From the NCBI GenBank assembly GCA_045863235.1, contig BTUM01000020.1, forward strand, positions 32,001 to 96,000: a stretch of 64,000 bases of DNA, in the 5' to 3' direction. Below are positions 8,975 to 17,521 of this stretch, piece by piece (within the stretch, counting starts at the first letter, position 1; each line of letters starts with the position of its first letter). A program made the position numbers and the translations under genes. The notes under the pieces were generated by a model. The model saw only the letters and a list, made by a program, of their open reading frames with translations, did not search any database and was not told the DNA's origin. The stretch is from Candidatus Xenobia bacterium. Its GTDB lineage: Bacteria; Vulcanimicrobiota; Xenobia; Xenobiales; QWHO01.

Positions 8975-9007
8975 AAGTAAGCCCGGGGGCGGGCTTACTT
9001 TTTTTTT
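8975..9007 (+). terminator. Rho-independent terminator
   Basis: AAGTAAGCCCG-GGGG-CGGGCTTACTT followed by a T tract. Confidence 0.9.
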
Positions 9008-9133
9008 GTCGGGGTTGATGCGGGTGCTCAGACGCGCTCTGCTCGCTAAGGCTCGGCAGACTTGATCGAGCTGACTCCTCCTTAGCCTTTCGCGGAGGGT
9101 CTCTCTGCGCAGGGGGCGAACAGGCAGCGCCTG

Positions 9134-9883
9134 ATGAGCCGAATCACCGTACACCGCATTCCTGTTTTGCAAGACAACTACAGCTATCTGATCGAAGACA
9201 CGCAGGAGAAGACCTGCGTGGTGGTCGATCCGGCCGAGGCCGGCCCGGTCAACGCCGCCATCGAGGAACTCGGCCTCAGGCCGGTCATGCTGTGGAACAC
9301 TCACCACCACGCCGACCACATCGACGGCAATCCGGGCGTGCTCGACAAGGCGGGTTCGATTCCCGTTTATGGATCGGCCGGCGACCGGGGGCGGATCCCC
9401 CAGTTGACCCACTTTCTCCAGGCCGGGGACAGCCTCGAGTTCGGGGGCGATACGGTGCGCGTGCTGGAGGTTCCCGGCCACACCCGGAGCCACATCGCTT
9501 ACTACCTGCCCAGCGGGCACCTGTTCTCGGGCGATCTGCTCTTTGGCTACAGCTGCGGCAAGGTTTTCGAGGGCACCATGGAGGACATGTACCGCTCTGT
9601 GGCCCAGGTGGCCGAGTTGCCCGACGAGACGCTGATCTACTGCGGTCACGAGTACACCCTGAACAATCGGCGCTTTGCCGAGACGGTCGAGCCCGACAAT
9701 CCGGACCACAAGGCCCGTGCCGCCGCCGAGACGGCTCCGCCCACCATCCCCCTCAAGCTCGCTCAGGAGAAGAAGACCAACCCCTTCTTGCGCTGGCACG
9801 TGCCGGCCGTGCAGGCATTCACGGGGAAGACCGCGCCGGCCGAGGTGTTCGGCGAGCTACGTCGTCGCAAGGATAACTTCTAA
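9134..9883 (+). CDS. gloB: hydroxyacylglutathione hydrolase (glyoxalase II)
   Basis: DNYSY, THHHADH, PGHT, GDLLF..SCG, CGHEYT, EK.TNPFLR and LRRRKD motifs. Confidence 0.92.
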   Translation: MSRITVHRIPVLQDNYSYLIEDTQEKTCVVVDPAEAGPVNAAIEELGLRPVMLWNTHHHADHIDGNPGVLDKAGSIPVYGSAGDRGRIPQLTHFLQAGDSLEFGGDTVRVLEVPGHTRSHIAYYLPSGHLFSGDLLFGYSCGKVFEGTMEDMYRSVAQVAELPDETLIYCGHEYTLNNRRFAETVEPDNPDHKARAAAETAPPTIPLKLAQEKKTNPFLRWHVPAVQAFTGKTAPAEVFGELRRRKDNF

Positions 9884-10037
9884 GCGCCGTGGCCTGCAAA
9901 CTCGTCCCCACCCCTTCTTGCTGCACGGAACTCGCGGAGAGATTCCAGCGCGACGCCCATCTCCTCCGCCACCACAAAGGGGTTTGCGGCCAGCGCTCTC
10001 TGCGGTTTGAAACATCAGCGACGACAGGAGCTGCCCA

Positions 10038-10610
10038 ATAACTTCTCTGCGTCAGCGGCTGGCCACCCGGCTCGCACCATACCGACCCCAGACGCTCCAG
10101 CGTCCCGACCTGACCCCCACCGGGGTGCTGCTACTGCTGGTTGGCTCGAGCGAGCCCGAGCTCGTCTTGACGCGGCGCAGCGAGCACCTGAGCCGGCACC
10201 CGGGCCAGATCTCCTGTCCAGGTGGGGTCAGGGATGAGGGCGACGCCAACCTTCGCGCCACCGCCCTGCGCGAGTGTCACGAGGAGATCGGCCTGGCGCC
10301 GGAGCGGGTCGAGGTGCTCGGTCAGCTCGACGACGTCTGGACGCCCAGCGGCTTTCTGCTCACCCCCTTCGTGGGCTGGACCGACCCTCCGGTCCAGCTA
10401 TCGCCCTGCAGCGAGGTGGCCGAGATCCTCTCCGTCCCGCTGGGCCAACTGCTTGACCCGGAGGTCTTCGAGCTGGAAGAGCGCTGGCTCGGCGAGCAGA
10501 AGTTCTTGCTGGGCGCCTTCCGCCTCAGGCAGGCCCACGTCTGGGGCGCCACCGCGCGCCTGGTGCAGCGCCTGTTGGAGGTGGGCTTCGACTGGAAGCC
10601 GCCCCGATGA
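10038..10610 (+). CDS. Nudix hydrolase, CoA pyrophosphatase type
   Basis: LTRRS..L..HPGQISCPGG...ALRECHEEIG and VWGATA; start uncertain (ATA 10038 after AGGAG, or GTG 10125). Confidence 0.88.
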   Translation: MTSLRQRLATRLAPYRPQTLQRPDLTPTGVLLLLVGSSEPELVLTRRSEHLSRHPGQISCPGGVRDEGDANLRATALRECHEEIGLAPERVEVLGQLDDVWTPSGFLLTPFVGWTDPPVQLSPCSEVAEILSVPLGQLLDPEVFELEERWLGEQKFLLGAFRLRQAHVWGATARLVQRLLEVGFDWKPPR

Positions 10611-11512
10611 AAGTCGTGTTGCTGGCCGGCGGGGTAGGCGGCTCGCGCCTGGCCGATGGGATGGCCCGACTGCTCGGTCCCGAGCTGACCGTGGTGGTCA
10701 ACACCGGGGACGATTTCGACCACTACGGCCTGCGCATCTGTCCCGACCTGGATACGGTACTCTACACCCTGGCCGGCCTGGGCGACCCCGCGCGAGGCTG
10801 GGGCCTGGCGGGCGAGACCTTTAACTGCCTGGAGGCTCTGGAACGGCTGGGGGAGGACCCCTGGTTCTTGCTCGGCGACCGCGATCTGGCCACCCATCTG
10901 TGGCGCCGCCAGGCCCTGGACCGGGGCCTGCGACTCACCCAGGTCACCGATGAGCTGCGCCAGCGATTGGGGGTGACCTGCCGGGTGCTGCCGATGGCGG
11001 ACGAGCCGATGGCCACCAGAGTGCGCACCGACGAGGGCTGGCTCAGCTTTCAAGACTACTTCGTGCGTCACAAGCACCGGCCCGCGGTGCGCGAGCTGGC
11101 CTTCGATGGCAGCCCCGGCCTGAGCCCCGAGCTCGAGCAGGTGCTGGCCGAGGCCGAGCTGACCGTGCTGGCCCCCTCGAACCCGTTCGTCAGCCTGTTG
11201 CCGATCTTGCGGGTGAGCGGGTTGGCCGAGCGGCTGCCCCGGCCCCGGCTGGCGGTCAGCCCCATCGTCGCCGGGCAGGCCCTGAAAGGGCCGGCGGCGG
11301 CCATGCTGGCTTCGCTGGGTTTCCCGGTCTCGGCGGCGGGGGTGGCCCTGGCCCTGCAGGGCCACCTGGACGAGCTGATCTGCGACGATCGGGACCGCGC
11401 TCTTGAGTTGCCCTGTCCGGCTCGGTTCCTGCCCACCGTCATGCGCAATCCGGAAGACCGTCTGGAGCTGGCCCGGAGGATCCTCGAAGGGCGGCCCGAA
11501 AGCCCGGGCTGA
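10607..11512 (+). CDS. cofD: 2-phospho-L-lactate transferase (CofD/FbiA)
   Basis: LAGGVGG, VNTGDD, CPDLDT..YTLAG, LGDRDLATH, FQDYFV, PSNP.VS and KGPA motifs. Confidence 0.95.
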   Translation: MKVVLLAGGVGGSRLADGMARLLGPELTVVVNTGDDFDHYGLRICPDLDTVLYTLAGLGDPARGWGLAGETFNCLEALERLGEDPWFLLGDRDLATHLWRRQALDRGLRLTQVTDELRQRLGVTCRVLPMADEPMATRVRTDEGWLSFQDYFVRHKHRPAVRELAFDGSPGLSPELEQVLAEAELTVLAPSNPFVSLLPILRVSGLAERLPRPRLAVSPIVAGQALKGPAAAMLASLGFPVSAAGVALALQGHLDELICDDRDRALELPCPARFLPTVMRNPEDRLELARRILEGRPESPG

Positions 11513-12081
11513 TGTCGATTCGAGCCGTGATCCCGGTCAACCGTCTGGAGCAAGCCAAGAGCCGCCTGGCCGAGGTGCTCAGCGACCGCAGCGAGCTGGT
11601 GCTTGAGCTGCTCTCGCGGGTGGTGCAGGCGATCAAGCCGTGCGTGGACGAGGTGCTGATCGTCAGTCCCGACCGCCGCCTCGAGCCCGAAGCCGCACGG
11701 CTGGGGGTGAGCTTTCTCTTGCAGCGCTCCAGCGGCCTCAATCCCGCCCTGGATGAGGCGCGCGCTCACCTGGGAGAGGGCCCGCTGCTGGTGGCGCTGG
11801 GTGACCTTCCCCAGCTGACCGAGCCGGACGTGCGCGCCTTCCTGCTGCGGCCTGAGGAGGTGCTGCTGGCACCCGACCGCGAGCAGAACGGCACCAATCT
11901 AATGTTTCTACGCTCGACCGGGAGCTTCATGTTTCAGTATGGTCCGGGTAGCTTCGTGCGCCACTTCAGCCAGGCGATGGGTCGGGGCCTGACGGTGGGC
12001 GTGCACCGCTCGAGCGGCACCGAGGTCGACCTGGATGCTCCCACCGACCTGCCCCAACTGGCGTGGACGAGCTGCGACTGA
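11512..12081 (+). CDS. cofC: 2-phospho-L-lactate/PEP guanylyltransferase (CofC/FbiD)
   Basis: VIPV....AKSRL, GLN, DLP, APDR..NGTN, YGPGSF..H and DLD.P.DL motifs. Confidence 0.92.
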   Translation: MSIRAVIPVNRLEQAKSRLAEVLSDRSELVLELLSRVVQAIKPCVDEVLIVSPDRRLEPEAARLGVSFLLQRSSGLNPALDEARAHLGEGPLLVALGDLPQLTEPDVRAFLLRPEEVLLAPDREQNGTNLMFLRSTGSFMFQYGPGSFVRHFSQAMGRGLTVGVHRSSGTEVDLDAPTDLPQLAWTSCD

Positions 12082-12803
12082 TCCCCGTCCGGGGAGTTCC
12101 AGAGATTCGGGCCGGAGAGGACGTGGCGAAGCTGCTCGCCCCCCTGCTCGCGCGGCTGGCTCGGCCTGGCGACGTTCTGGTGGTGACCCACAAGGTGCTC
12201 AGCAAGGCGGAAGGACGGCTGGTCGACCTGACCGAGGTGCAGCCATCGGCCCTGGCCGAGAGCCATGCCCGGGCCTGGGGCAAGGACCCCCGCCAGGTGG
12301 AAGTGGTGCTGCGCGAAAGCGGCTCGATCTTGCGCATGGAGGGCCCGGTGATCATCTCTCGCACCCGCCACGGGCTGGTCTGCGCCAACGCCGGCGTGGA
12401 CAAGAGCAACGTGCCAGGCCAGGCGGTCTGTCTTTTGCCGGAGGACCCGGACGCCTCGGCAGGCCGCCTCTACCAGGCGCTGGAGGCGGCTCTGGGTTTC
12501 TCCCTACCGGTGGTGATCAGCGACTCGTTCGGCCGGCCCTGGCGGCTGGGCATCGTCAACGTGGCCATCGGCCTGGCGGGGATGGCGCCCTTTACCGACC
12601 ATCGCGGCCGGACCGACGCCCACGGCTATCGTCTGGAGGCCAGCCTGATGGCGACTGCCGACGCGGTGGCCGCAGCCGCCGAGCTGGTCATGGGCAAGAC
12701 CGATGGCGTGCCGGCCGCCCTGGTGCGCGGCCTCGAGCTGAGCGGCTCGACGGGCTGCGCGGCCGAGCTGATCCGCCCCGGCGAGCAGGATCTCTTTCGT
12801 TGA
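12063..12803 (+). CDS. cofE: coenzyme F420-0:L-glutamate ligase
   Basis: HKVLSKAEG, CANAGVDKSN, LLPEDPDASA, DSFGRPWR.G and LVMGK motifs. Confidence 0.95.
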   Translation: MDELRLIPVRGVPEIRAGEDVAKLLAPLLARLARPGDVLVVTHKVLSKAEGRLVDLTEVQPSALAESHARAWGKDPRQVEVVLRESGSILRMEGPVIISRTRHGLVCANAGVDKSNVPGQAVCLLPEDPDASAGRLYQALEAALGFSLPVVISDSFGRPWRLGIVNVAIGLAGMAPFTDHRGRTDAHGYRLEASLMATADAVAAAAELVMGKTDGVPAALVRGLELSGSTGCAAELIRPGEQDLFR

Positions 12804-12822
12804 CCGGGCGAAGGGAGTCGGC

Positions 12823-13842
12823 ATGAATCGGATCAAGAAGAAGCACCTCGGCTACTGCGCGATGTTCGAGCAGTTCCACCCCAACGATATGCTGGTCTGG
12901 TGCGAGCAGGCGGAGCAGCTCGGCTTTGGCAGCATCATGGCCAGCGACCACTTCCACCCCTGGACCCCTCAGCAGGGCCACAGCGCTTTCGTGTGGACCT
13001 GGATGGGGGCGCTGGGGGCGCGCACCTCGCTGCCCTTCGGAACCGGAGTGACGCCGCCCGGCTATCGCTACCATCCGGCCCTGGTGGCCCAGATGGCCTG
13101 CACGGTCGAAGCCATGTACCCGGGGCGCTTCTGGCTCGGCCTGGGGGCCGGAGAAGCTCTCAACGAGCACGTCATCGGTTGCTACTGGCCGGAGCCCCCG
13201 GTGCGACTCGAGAAGTTGCTCGAGTCGATCGAGATCATCAAGAAGCTCTTCACCGGCAAGGTGGTCAAACACCAGGGCAAGCACTTCACCCTCGAATCGG
13301 CTCAGATCTATACCCTGCCGCCCTCCCCGCCGCCCATCCTGGTGGCCACCTCGGGCCCCATCATGAGCGCCAACACGGGCCGCTTCTGCGACGGCGTGAT
13401 CACGGTGGGGGCGGCCGACGACAAGCTCTCGATGCTGATGGGCAAGTTCGAGGGAGGGGCCCGCGAGGCCGGTAAGGACCCGGCGGCGATGCCGCGGCTG
13501 ATCCAGATCCACGTCTCCTGGGCACCTGGCCTGGAGGAGGCCACCGACAACGCGGTGCGCGAGTGGCCCAACGGAGGGATGAACTTTCCCAAGGCCGATG
13601 TGCGCTCCCCCGAGGTTTTCGAGGCCATCGCCCGCATGGTGCGTCCCGAGCACTTCAAAGGCCGGGTGCTCATCTCCGAGAAGGCCGAGGACCACATCAA
13701 CCTGATCAACCACCTCTACTCCAAGGGCTTCGATGGCGTCTACGTCCATAACGTGGGCCGCAACCAGGCCGAGTTCCTCAAGTTCTACGCCGCCGAAGTC
13801 TTGCCCAGCCTCGCTCTGGAGCCGGTCGGTAGTCCTGGTTGA
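12823..13842 (+). CDS. F420-dependent LLM-class oxidoreductase (G6PDH-like family)
   Basis: EQFHP, SDHFHPW..QGHS, GVT.P..RYHPA.VAQ and GAGEALNEH; follows the cof genes. Confidence 0.9.
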   Translation: MNRIKKKHLGYCAMFEQFHPNDMLVWCEQAEQLGFGSIMASDHFHPWTPQQGHSAFVWTWMGALGARTSLPFGTGVTPPGYRYHPALVAQMACTVEAMYPGRFWLGLGAGEALNEHVIGCYWPEPPVRLEKLLESIEIIKKLFTGKVVKHQGKHFTLESAQIYTLPPSPPPILVATSGPIMSANTGRFCDGVITVGAADDKLSMLMGKFEGGAREAGKDPAAMPRLIQIHVSWAPGLEEATDNAVREWPNGGMNFPKADVRSPEVFEAIARMVRPEHFKGRVLISEKAEDHINLINHLYSKGFDGVYVHNVGRNQAEFLKFYAAEVLPSLALEPVGSPG

Positions 13843-13873
13843 ACGCCGACCCTCCCATAGTCGGTAGGTCGCG

Positions 13874-15211
13874 ATGAGCTGGGGACTCATCCTGCTGGGT
13901 ATCCCGGCTCTGCTGCTGCTGCACGGCTTCTTCGTGGCGGCCGAGATCGGCGCGGTTTCGGCCCGCCGTCACCGGCTGGCTCAGCTGGCCGCCAACGGGG
14001 TGCGGGCCGCCACCAAGTTCCTGCCGGTCACCCAGGACGCCGGTCGGTTTGCGGCCTATGTGTCCGCCTGCCAGGTGGGCATCAGCCTCACCGGTCTGGT
14101 CCTGGGCTACTGGGGTTACGCCTTTCTGGCCCTGCCTCTCGACCCCTGGCTGGGGCAGCGCTTCGAGCTCTCCGAGATGGGCGCTCGGATTCTGGCCGTC
14201 ACCATCGTGCTGGCCACCATGATGTCCCTGCTGGTCTTGTTGGGCGAGCTGGTGCCCAAGTCGCTGGCCCTGCTCGAGCCCGAGAAGGCGGCCGTGCGAA
14301 CCTCCACCCTGATGCGCAAGATGACCACCCTCTTCAAGCCCCTGACCTTCGTCTATGATCGGGTGTCGCGTTTTCTTCTGGCCCGCCTGGGCTTGAGCGA
14401 GGCCGCCTGGCAGAACACCCACGTCCACTCGCCCGAGGAGATCCAGATCCTGGTGGAGGAGAGCGGCGCCCAGGGACTGCTCGAGGAAGAAGAGCAGCGC
14501 CTGCTCGAGAACACCCTCCGGCTGCGCGACTTCAACGCCCGCCACGCCATGATTCCCCGCACCAAGATGTTCACCGCCTCGCTCGAGTTGCCCATTCCCG
14601 AGTTGCTCAAGCTGCTGGCCGAGTCCAACTATTCGCGCCTGCCGCTTTATCGCGAGTCGCCTGACCAGATCGAGGGGGTGGTGCACCTCAAGGACCTGCT
14701 TTGCCTCAGCCGCGCTCCGGGCCAGGTCAAGCACGTCTCCCAGGTCATGCTGAAGGTGCCCTACGTGCCCGAGACGGTGCCTGTGGACGAGCTGTTCAAC
14801 CTGCTGCAGCGCAAGCATTACCACATGGCCATCGTGGTGGACGAGTTCGGTGGCACGGCCGGCATGGTCACTCTGGAAGACCTGATCGAGCGCATTTTCG
14901 GCGATTTCGAGGACGAGTTCGACCCCCCCGAGCTGACCGCCGAGCTGCGCTCGGGGCGACTGTTCCTGGCCGGGGACGTCCTGGTGGAAGACCTCAACGA
15001 GTGGCTCGACGTCGAGCTCGACTCGGACCTGGCCGACTCGGTCGGCGGCCTGGTGATGGCCGAGCTGGGCCAGGTGCCCGAGCCGGGGGCAGAGGTCACC
15101 ATCGCCGAGATCCCGTTCCGGGTGGAGCGGGTGGAGGGCAAGTGGGCCGCCCGCGTCAGCCTGGCCGTCACCGAGGAGCAGGCAGCTCACTTCCAGGAGC
15201 ACTACGACTGA
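13874..15211 (+). CDS. hemolysin/CNNM (DUF21-CBS-CorC) protein 1
   Basis: FFVAAE, GELVPKS, SRLP.Y, VVDEFGGTAG.VT.ED.IE and CorC tail. Confidence 0.92.
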   Translation: MSWGLILLGIPALLLLHGFFVAAEIGAVSARRHRLAQLAANGVRAATKFLPVTQDAGRFAAYVSACQVGISLTGLVLGYWGYAFLALPLDPWLGQRFELSEMGARILAVTIVLATMMSLLVLLGELVPKSLALLEPEKAAVRTSTLMRKMTTLFKPLTFVYDRVSRFLLARLGLSEAAWQNTHVHSPEEIQILVEESGAQGLLEEEEQRLLENTLRLRDFNARHAMIPRTKMFTASLELPIPELLKLLAESNYSRLPLYRESPDQIEGVVHLKDLLCLSRAPGQVKHVSQVMLKVPYVPETVPVDELFNLLQRKHYHMAIVVDEFGGTAGMVTLEDLIERIFGDFEDEFDPPELTAELRSGRLFLAGDVLVEDLNEWLDVELDSDLADSVGGLVMAELGQVPEPGAEVTIAEIPFRVERVEGKWAARVSLAVTEEQAAHFQEHYD

Positions 15212-16494
15212 TGGAGGTGACTGTCGGGCTGCTGGTGATCGCGGGCCTGGTGCTGCTCAACAGCCTGTTCGTGGCGGCCGAGTTCTCGCTGGTGGGCGTG
15301 CCCCAGGCGCGGCTGGCCCAGCTGTCCGAGTCCGGCTCACGGGGGGCCACCGAGGTGCTCACCCTGCTCAAGGATCGAGACCGTCTCAACCGTTTCGTGG
15401 CCACGGCCCAGGTCGGGCTGGCCCTGGTCATCCTGGGTCTTGGCATGTACGGTGAGCCGCTGCTCTCATCCTGGTTTCGCCAGGCCATGCCCACCACTCC
15501 GGGTCTGGCCACTGTGCTGGCCTTGCTGGTGCTGACCTGCCCCCACGTTGTGCTGGGGCAGGTGGTCCCCAAGGCGTTGGCCCTCACTTATGCCGTGCCG
15601 ACCTCCATCACGCTGCAGGGGCCTTTGAGCTTGCTCGAGCGTCTCTTCTTTCCGGTGGTGGTCACTCTGAACGCGGCCGGCAACGCCCTGCTCAAGCTGC
15701 TGGGTGCTCACTCGCTGGACCCCAAGGGTCGGCTCTTTTCGCCCGAGGAGCTCGAGCAGGTCGTGGAGGAGAGCCACCAGGGCGGTCTGCTCGAGCGCAC
15801 CGAGGAGCAGTTCCTCAAGAACATCTTTGATTTTCAGGGTCGCATCGTGGGCCGGGTGATGACCCCCCGCACGCGAGTCTTCGGTTTGAGCGTGGAGGCC
15901 GACCAGGACGAGGTGCTGGGGGCCATCCACGAGCACCGCTACACCCGCTATCCGGTCTATGAGGGCGATATGGATCACCTGGTGGGAGTCTTGCATATCA
16001 AGGACCTGGCCCGCCAGATGGTGCAGAACCACCCCTTCAACCTGCGGGCGGTGCTCAGGCCAGTGCTCTATGTGCCTGCCTCCACTCCGCTCGAGGACAT
16101 GGTCAACCGCTTCCGCACCGGCCGCACCCAGTTTGCGGTCGTGCTCGACGAGTTTGGCGGGATGGCCGGCGTGGTGACGGTGGAGGACGTGGTCGAGGAA
16201 GTGGTGGGGGAGATTCAAGACGAGTTCGACCAGGAGACGCCCCCCCTGGAGCGGCTCGACGACGAAACCGTGCGGGTTCGAGGCGATCTGATGCTGACCG
16301 ACCTGCGGCGAGAGTTCGGAGGGGAGATCCCCGAGCATCCCGAGGTCGAAACGGTGGGCGGTATGGTGATGGCCGAGCTGGGCCGGGTGCCCGAATCGGG
16401 GGATCGGGTGCAGTACGCAGGCCTCGACTTCGAGGTGGAGGAAGTGACCGGAATGGCGGTGCAGTCCTTGCTGGTGCGCCGAGAGAAGGAGTAG
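15211..16494 (+). CDS. hemolysin/CNNM (DUF21-CBS-CorC) protein 2
   Basis: FVAAEF, G.VVPK, MTPR and VLDEFGG..G.VTVED; ATG overlaps the previous stop. Confidence 0.92.
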   Translation: MEVTVGLLVIAGLVLLNSLFVAAEFSLVGVPQARLAQLSESGSRGATEVLTLLKDRDRLNRFVATAQVGLALVILGLGMYGEPLLSSWFRQAMPTTPGLATVLALLVLTCPHVVLGQVVPKALALTYAVPTSITLQGPLSLLERLFFPVVVTLNAAGNALLKLLGAHSLDPKGRLFSPEELEQVVEESHQGGLLERTEEQFLKNIFDFQGRIVGRVMTPRTRVFGLSVEADQDEVLGAIHEHRYTRYPVYEGDMDHLVGVLHIKDLARQMVQNHPFNLRAVLRPVLYVPASTPLEDMVNRFRTGRTQFAVVLDEFGGMAGVVTVEDVVEEVVGEIQDEFDQETPPLERLDDETVRVRGDLMLTDLRREFGGEIPEHPEVETVGGMVMAELGRVPESGDRVQYAGLDFEVEEVTGMAVQSLLVRREKE

Positions 16495-16499
16495 CTCGA

Positions 16500-17021
16500 A
16501 TGGACGGAGTTTGGGTCTACCCGGTGGATGATGCCGACCAGGAGGAATCCAAGAGCGAGGCGGTGGCCCGCCTCAGCGAGGCCAGCTCCTACCTGGTGGT
16601 TTTTCTCGAGCCTGAGCGCAGCCTGGCTCTGGCACCCTCGGCCGACCTGGGGCACTCGTTCAGGCAGGGCGAGCGGGTCTATGATGCCATGGACGAGGTC
16701 CTGGTCTACGACTGGATGACCTCACCGGACGGGCGGCTGGTGGGCGTTCGCAACCTGCTGCCTCCCGAGAGCCTGCTGCAGGCTTACCAGCACGAGAAGT
16801 GGCCCTGGATCTCGCACGAGCAGGATGAGCTGCGCATCTGGTTCGGGGAGGAGCGGGGGGCCGACCTGAGCCAGACCGTGCACCGCTGCGTCTTCGCCGA
16901 CCCATTCCGCTCGGCTGACGGGCGCCTGGCTCTGGCTTACGACACCTACGGTTTGAAGGGAGATGAGCTGGAGCGTCTGCGCAAGCTGGCGGCCCACTGG
17001 CTGCCCGTAGCCTCGGCCTGA
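16500..17021 (+). CDS. hypothetical protein (possibly two DUF2283-like units)
   Basis: Coding-like codon usage; repeated S.DGRL motif. Confidence 0.6.
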   Translation: MDGVWVYPVDDADQEESKSEAVARLSEASSYLVVFLEPERSLALAPSADLGHSFRQGERVYDAMDEVLVYDWMTSPDGRLVGVRNLLPPESLLQAYQHEKWPWISHEQDELRIWFGEERGADLSQTVHRCVFADPFRSADGRLALAYDTYGLKGDELERLRKLAAHWLPVASA

Positions 17022-17079
17022 TCCCGCGCGTTGACCTCTTCAGACTCAGAGCGCGCAAGACAATCTGTCGAGCGCCGGC

Positions 17080-17505
17080 TCAATGCACCTTGGCCCAGTA
17101 ACGCACGTTGCCCTGCGTGCTGCCGCTGCCGGGCGACTGCACGAAGGTCGGAAATGAGCCCGTGGACTGGCTGAAGTCCTGGGCGGCAAAGTAGGGAGTG
17201 GCATAGACCAGGGTGCGGGTCTGCCCGGGTTTGAGCTCGCCTACCTCCATGTCGCTTTCATGGAAGTAGTAGGCTTCGAAGCCGGAGGCCTTGTAGCCGA
17301 TGGGAGCCAGGGGCTGGAACTTCATGGTCACGAGGCTGTCGCGATCGGTCGTTTTGCCGTTGTTGCGCACCTTGATTTCGAGGTAGATGCGCCGGTCGAG
17401 ATCTCCGTGGGCATAGGCCCTGGTGCTCACGATGCGCAGATCCTGCGGTTCACCCTTGGCGATGCCGATTAGCAAGAGAACGATGAGGGTCAGTCGTTTG
17501 AGCAT
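17080..17505 (-). CDS. exported hypothetical protein (CARDB/Ig-like)
   Basis: Signal peptide; VRNNG and ELKPGQT motifs. Confidence 0.7.
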   Translation of the reverse strand: MLKRLTLIVLLLIGIAKGEPQDLRIVSTRAYAHGDLDRRIYLEIKVRNNGKTTDRDSLVTMKFQPLAPIGYKASGFEAYYFHESDMEVGELKPGQTRTLVYATPYFAAQDFSQSTGSFPTFVQSPGSGSTQGNVRYWAKVH

Positions 17506-17521
17506 GCGTTCCTCCCCTGGT

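Noticed and set aside
9008..9133. Riboswitch/ncRNA upstream of gloB
   Set aside because: Only a short GCTAAGG/CCTTAGC stem; no recognisable family features.
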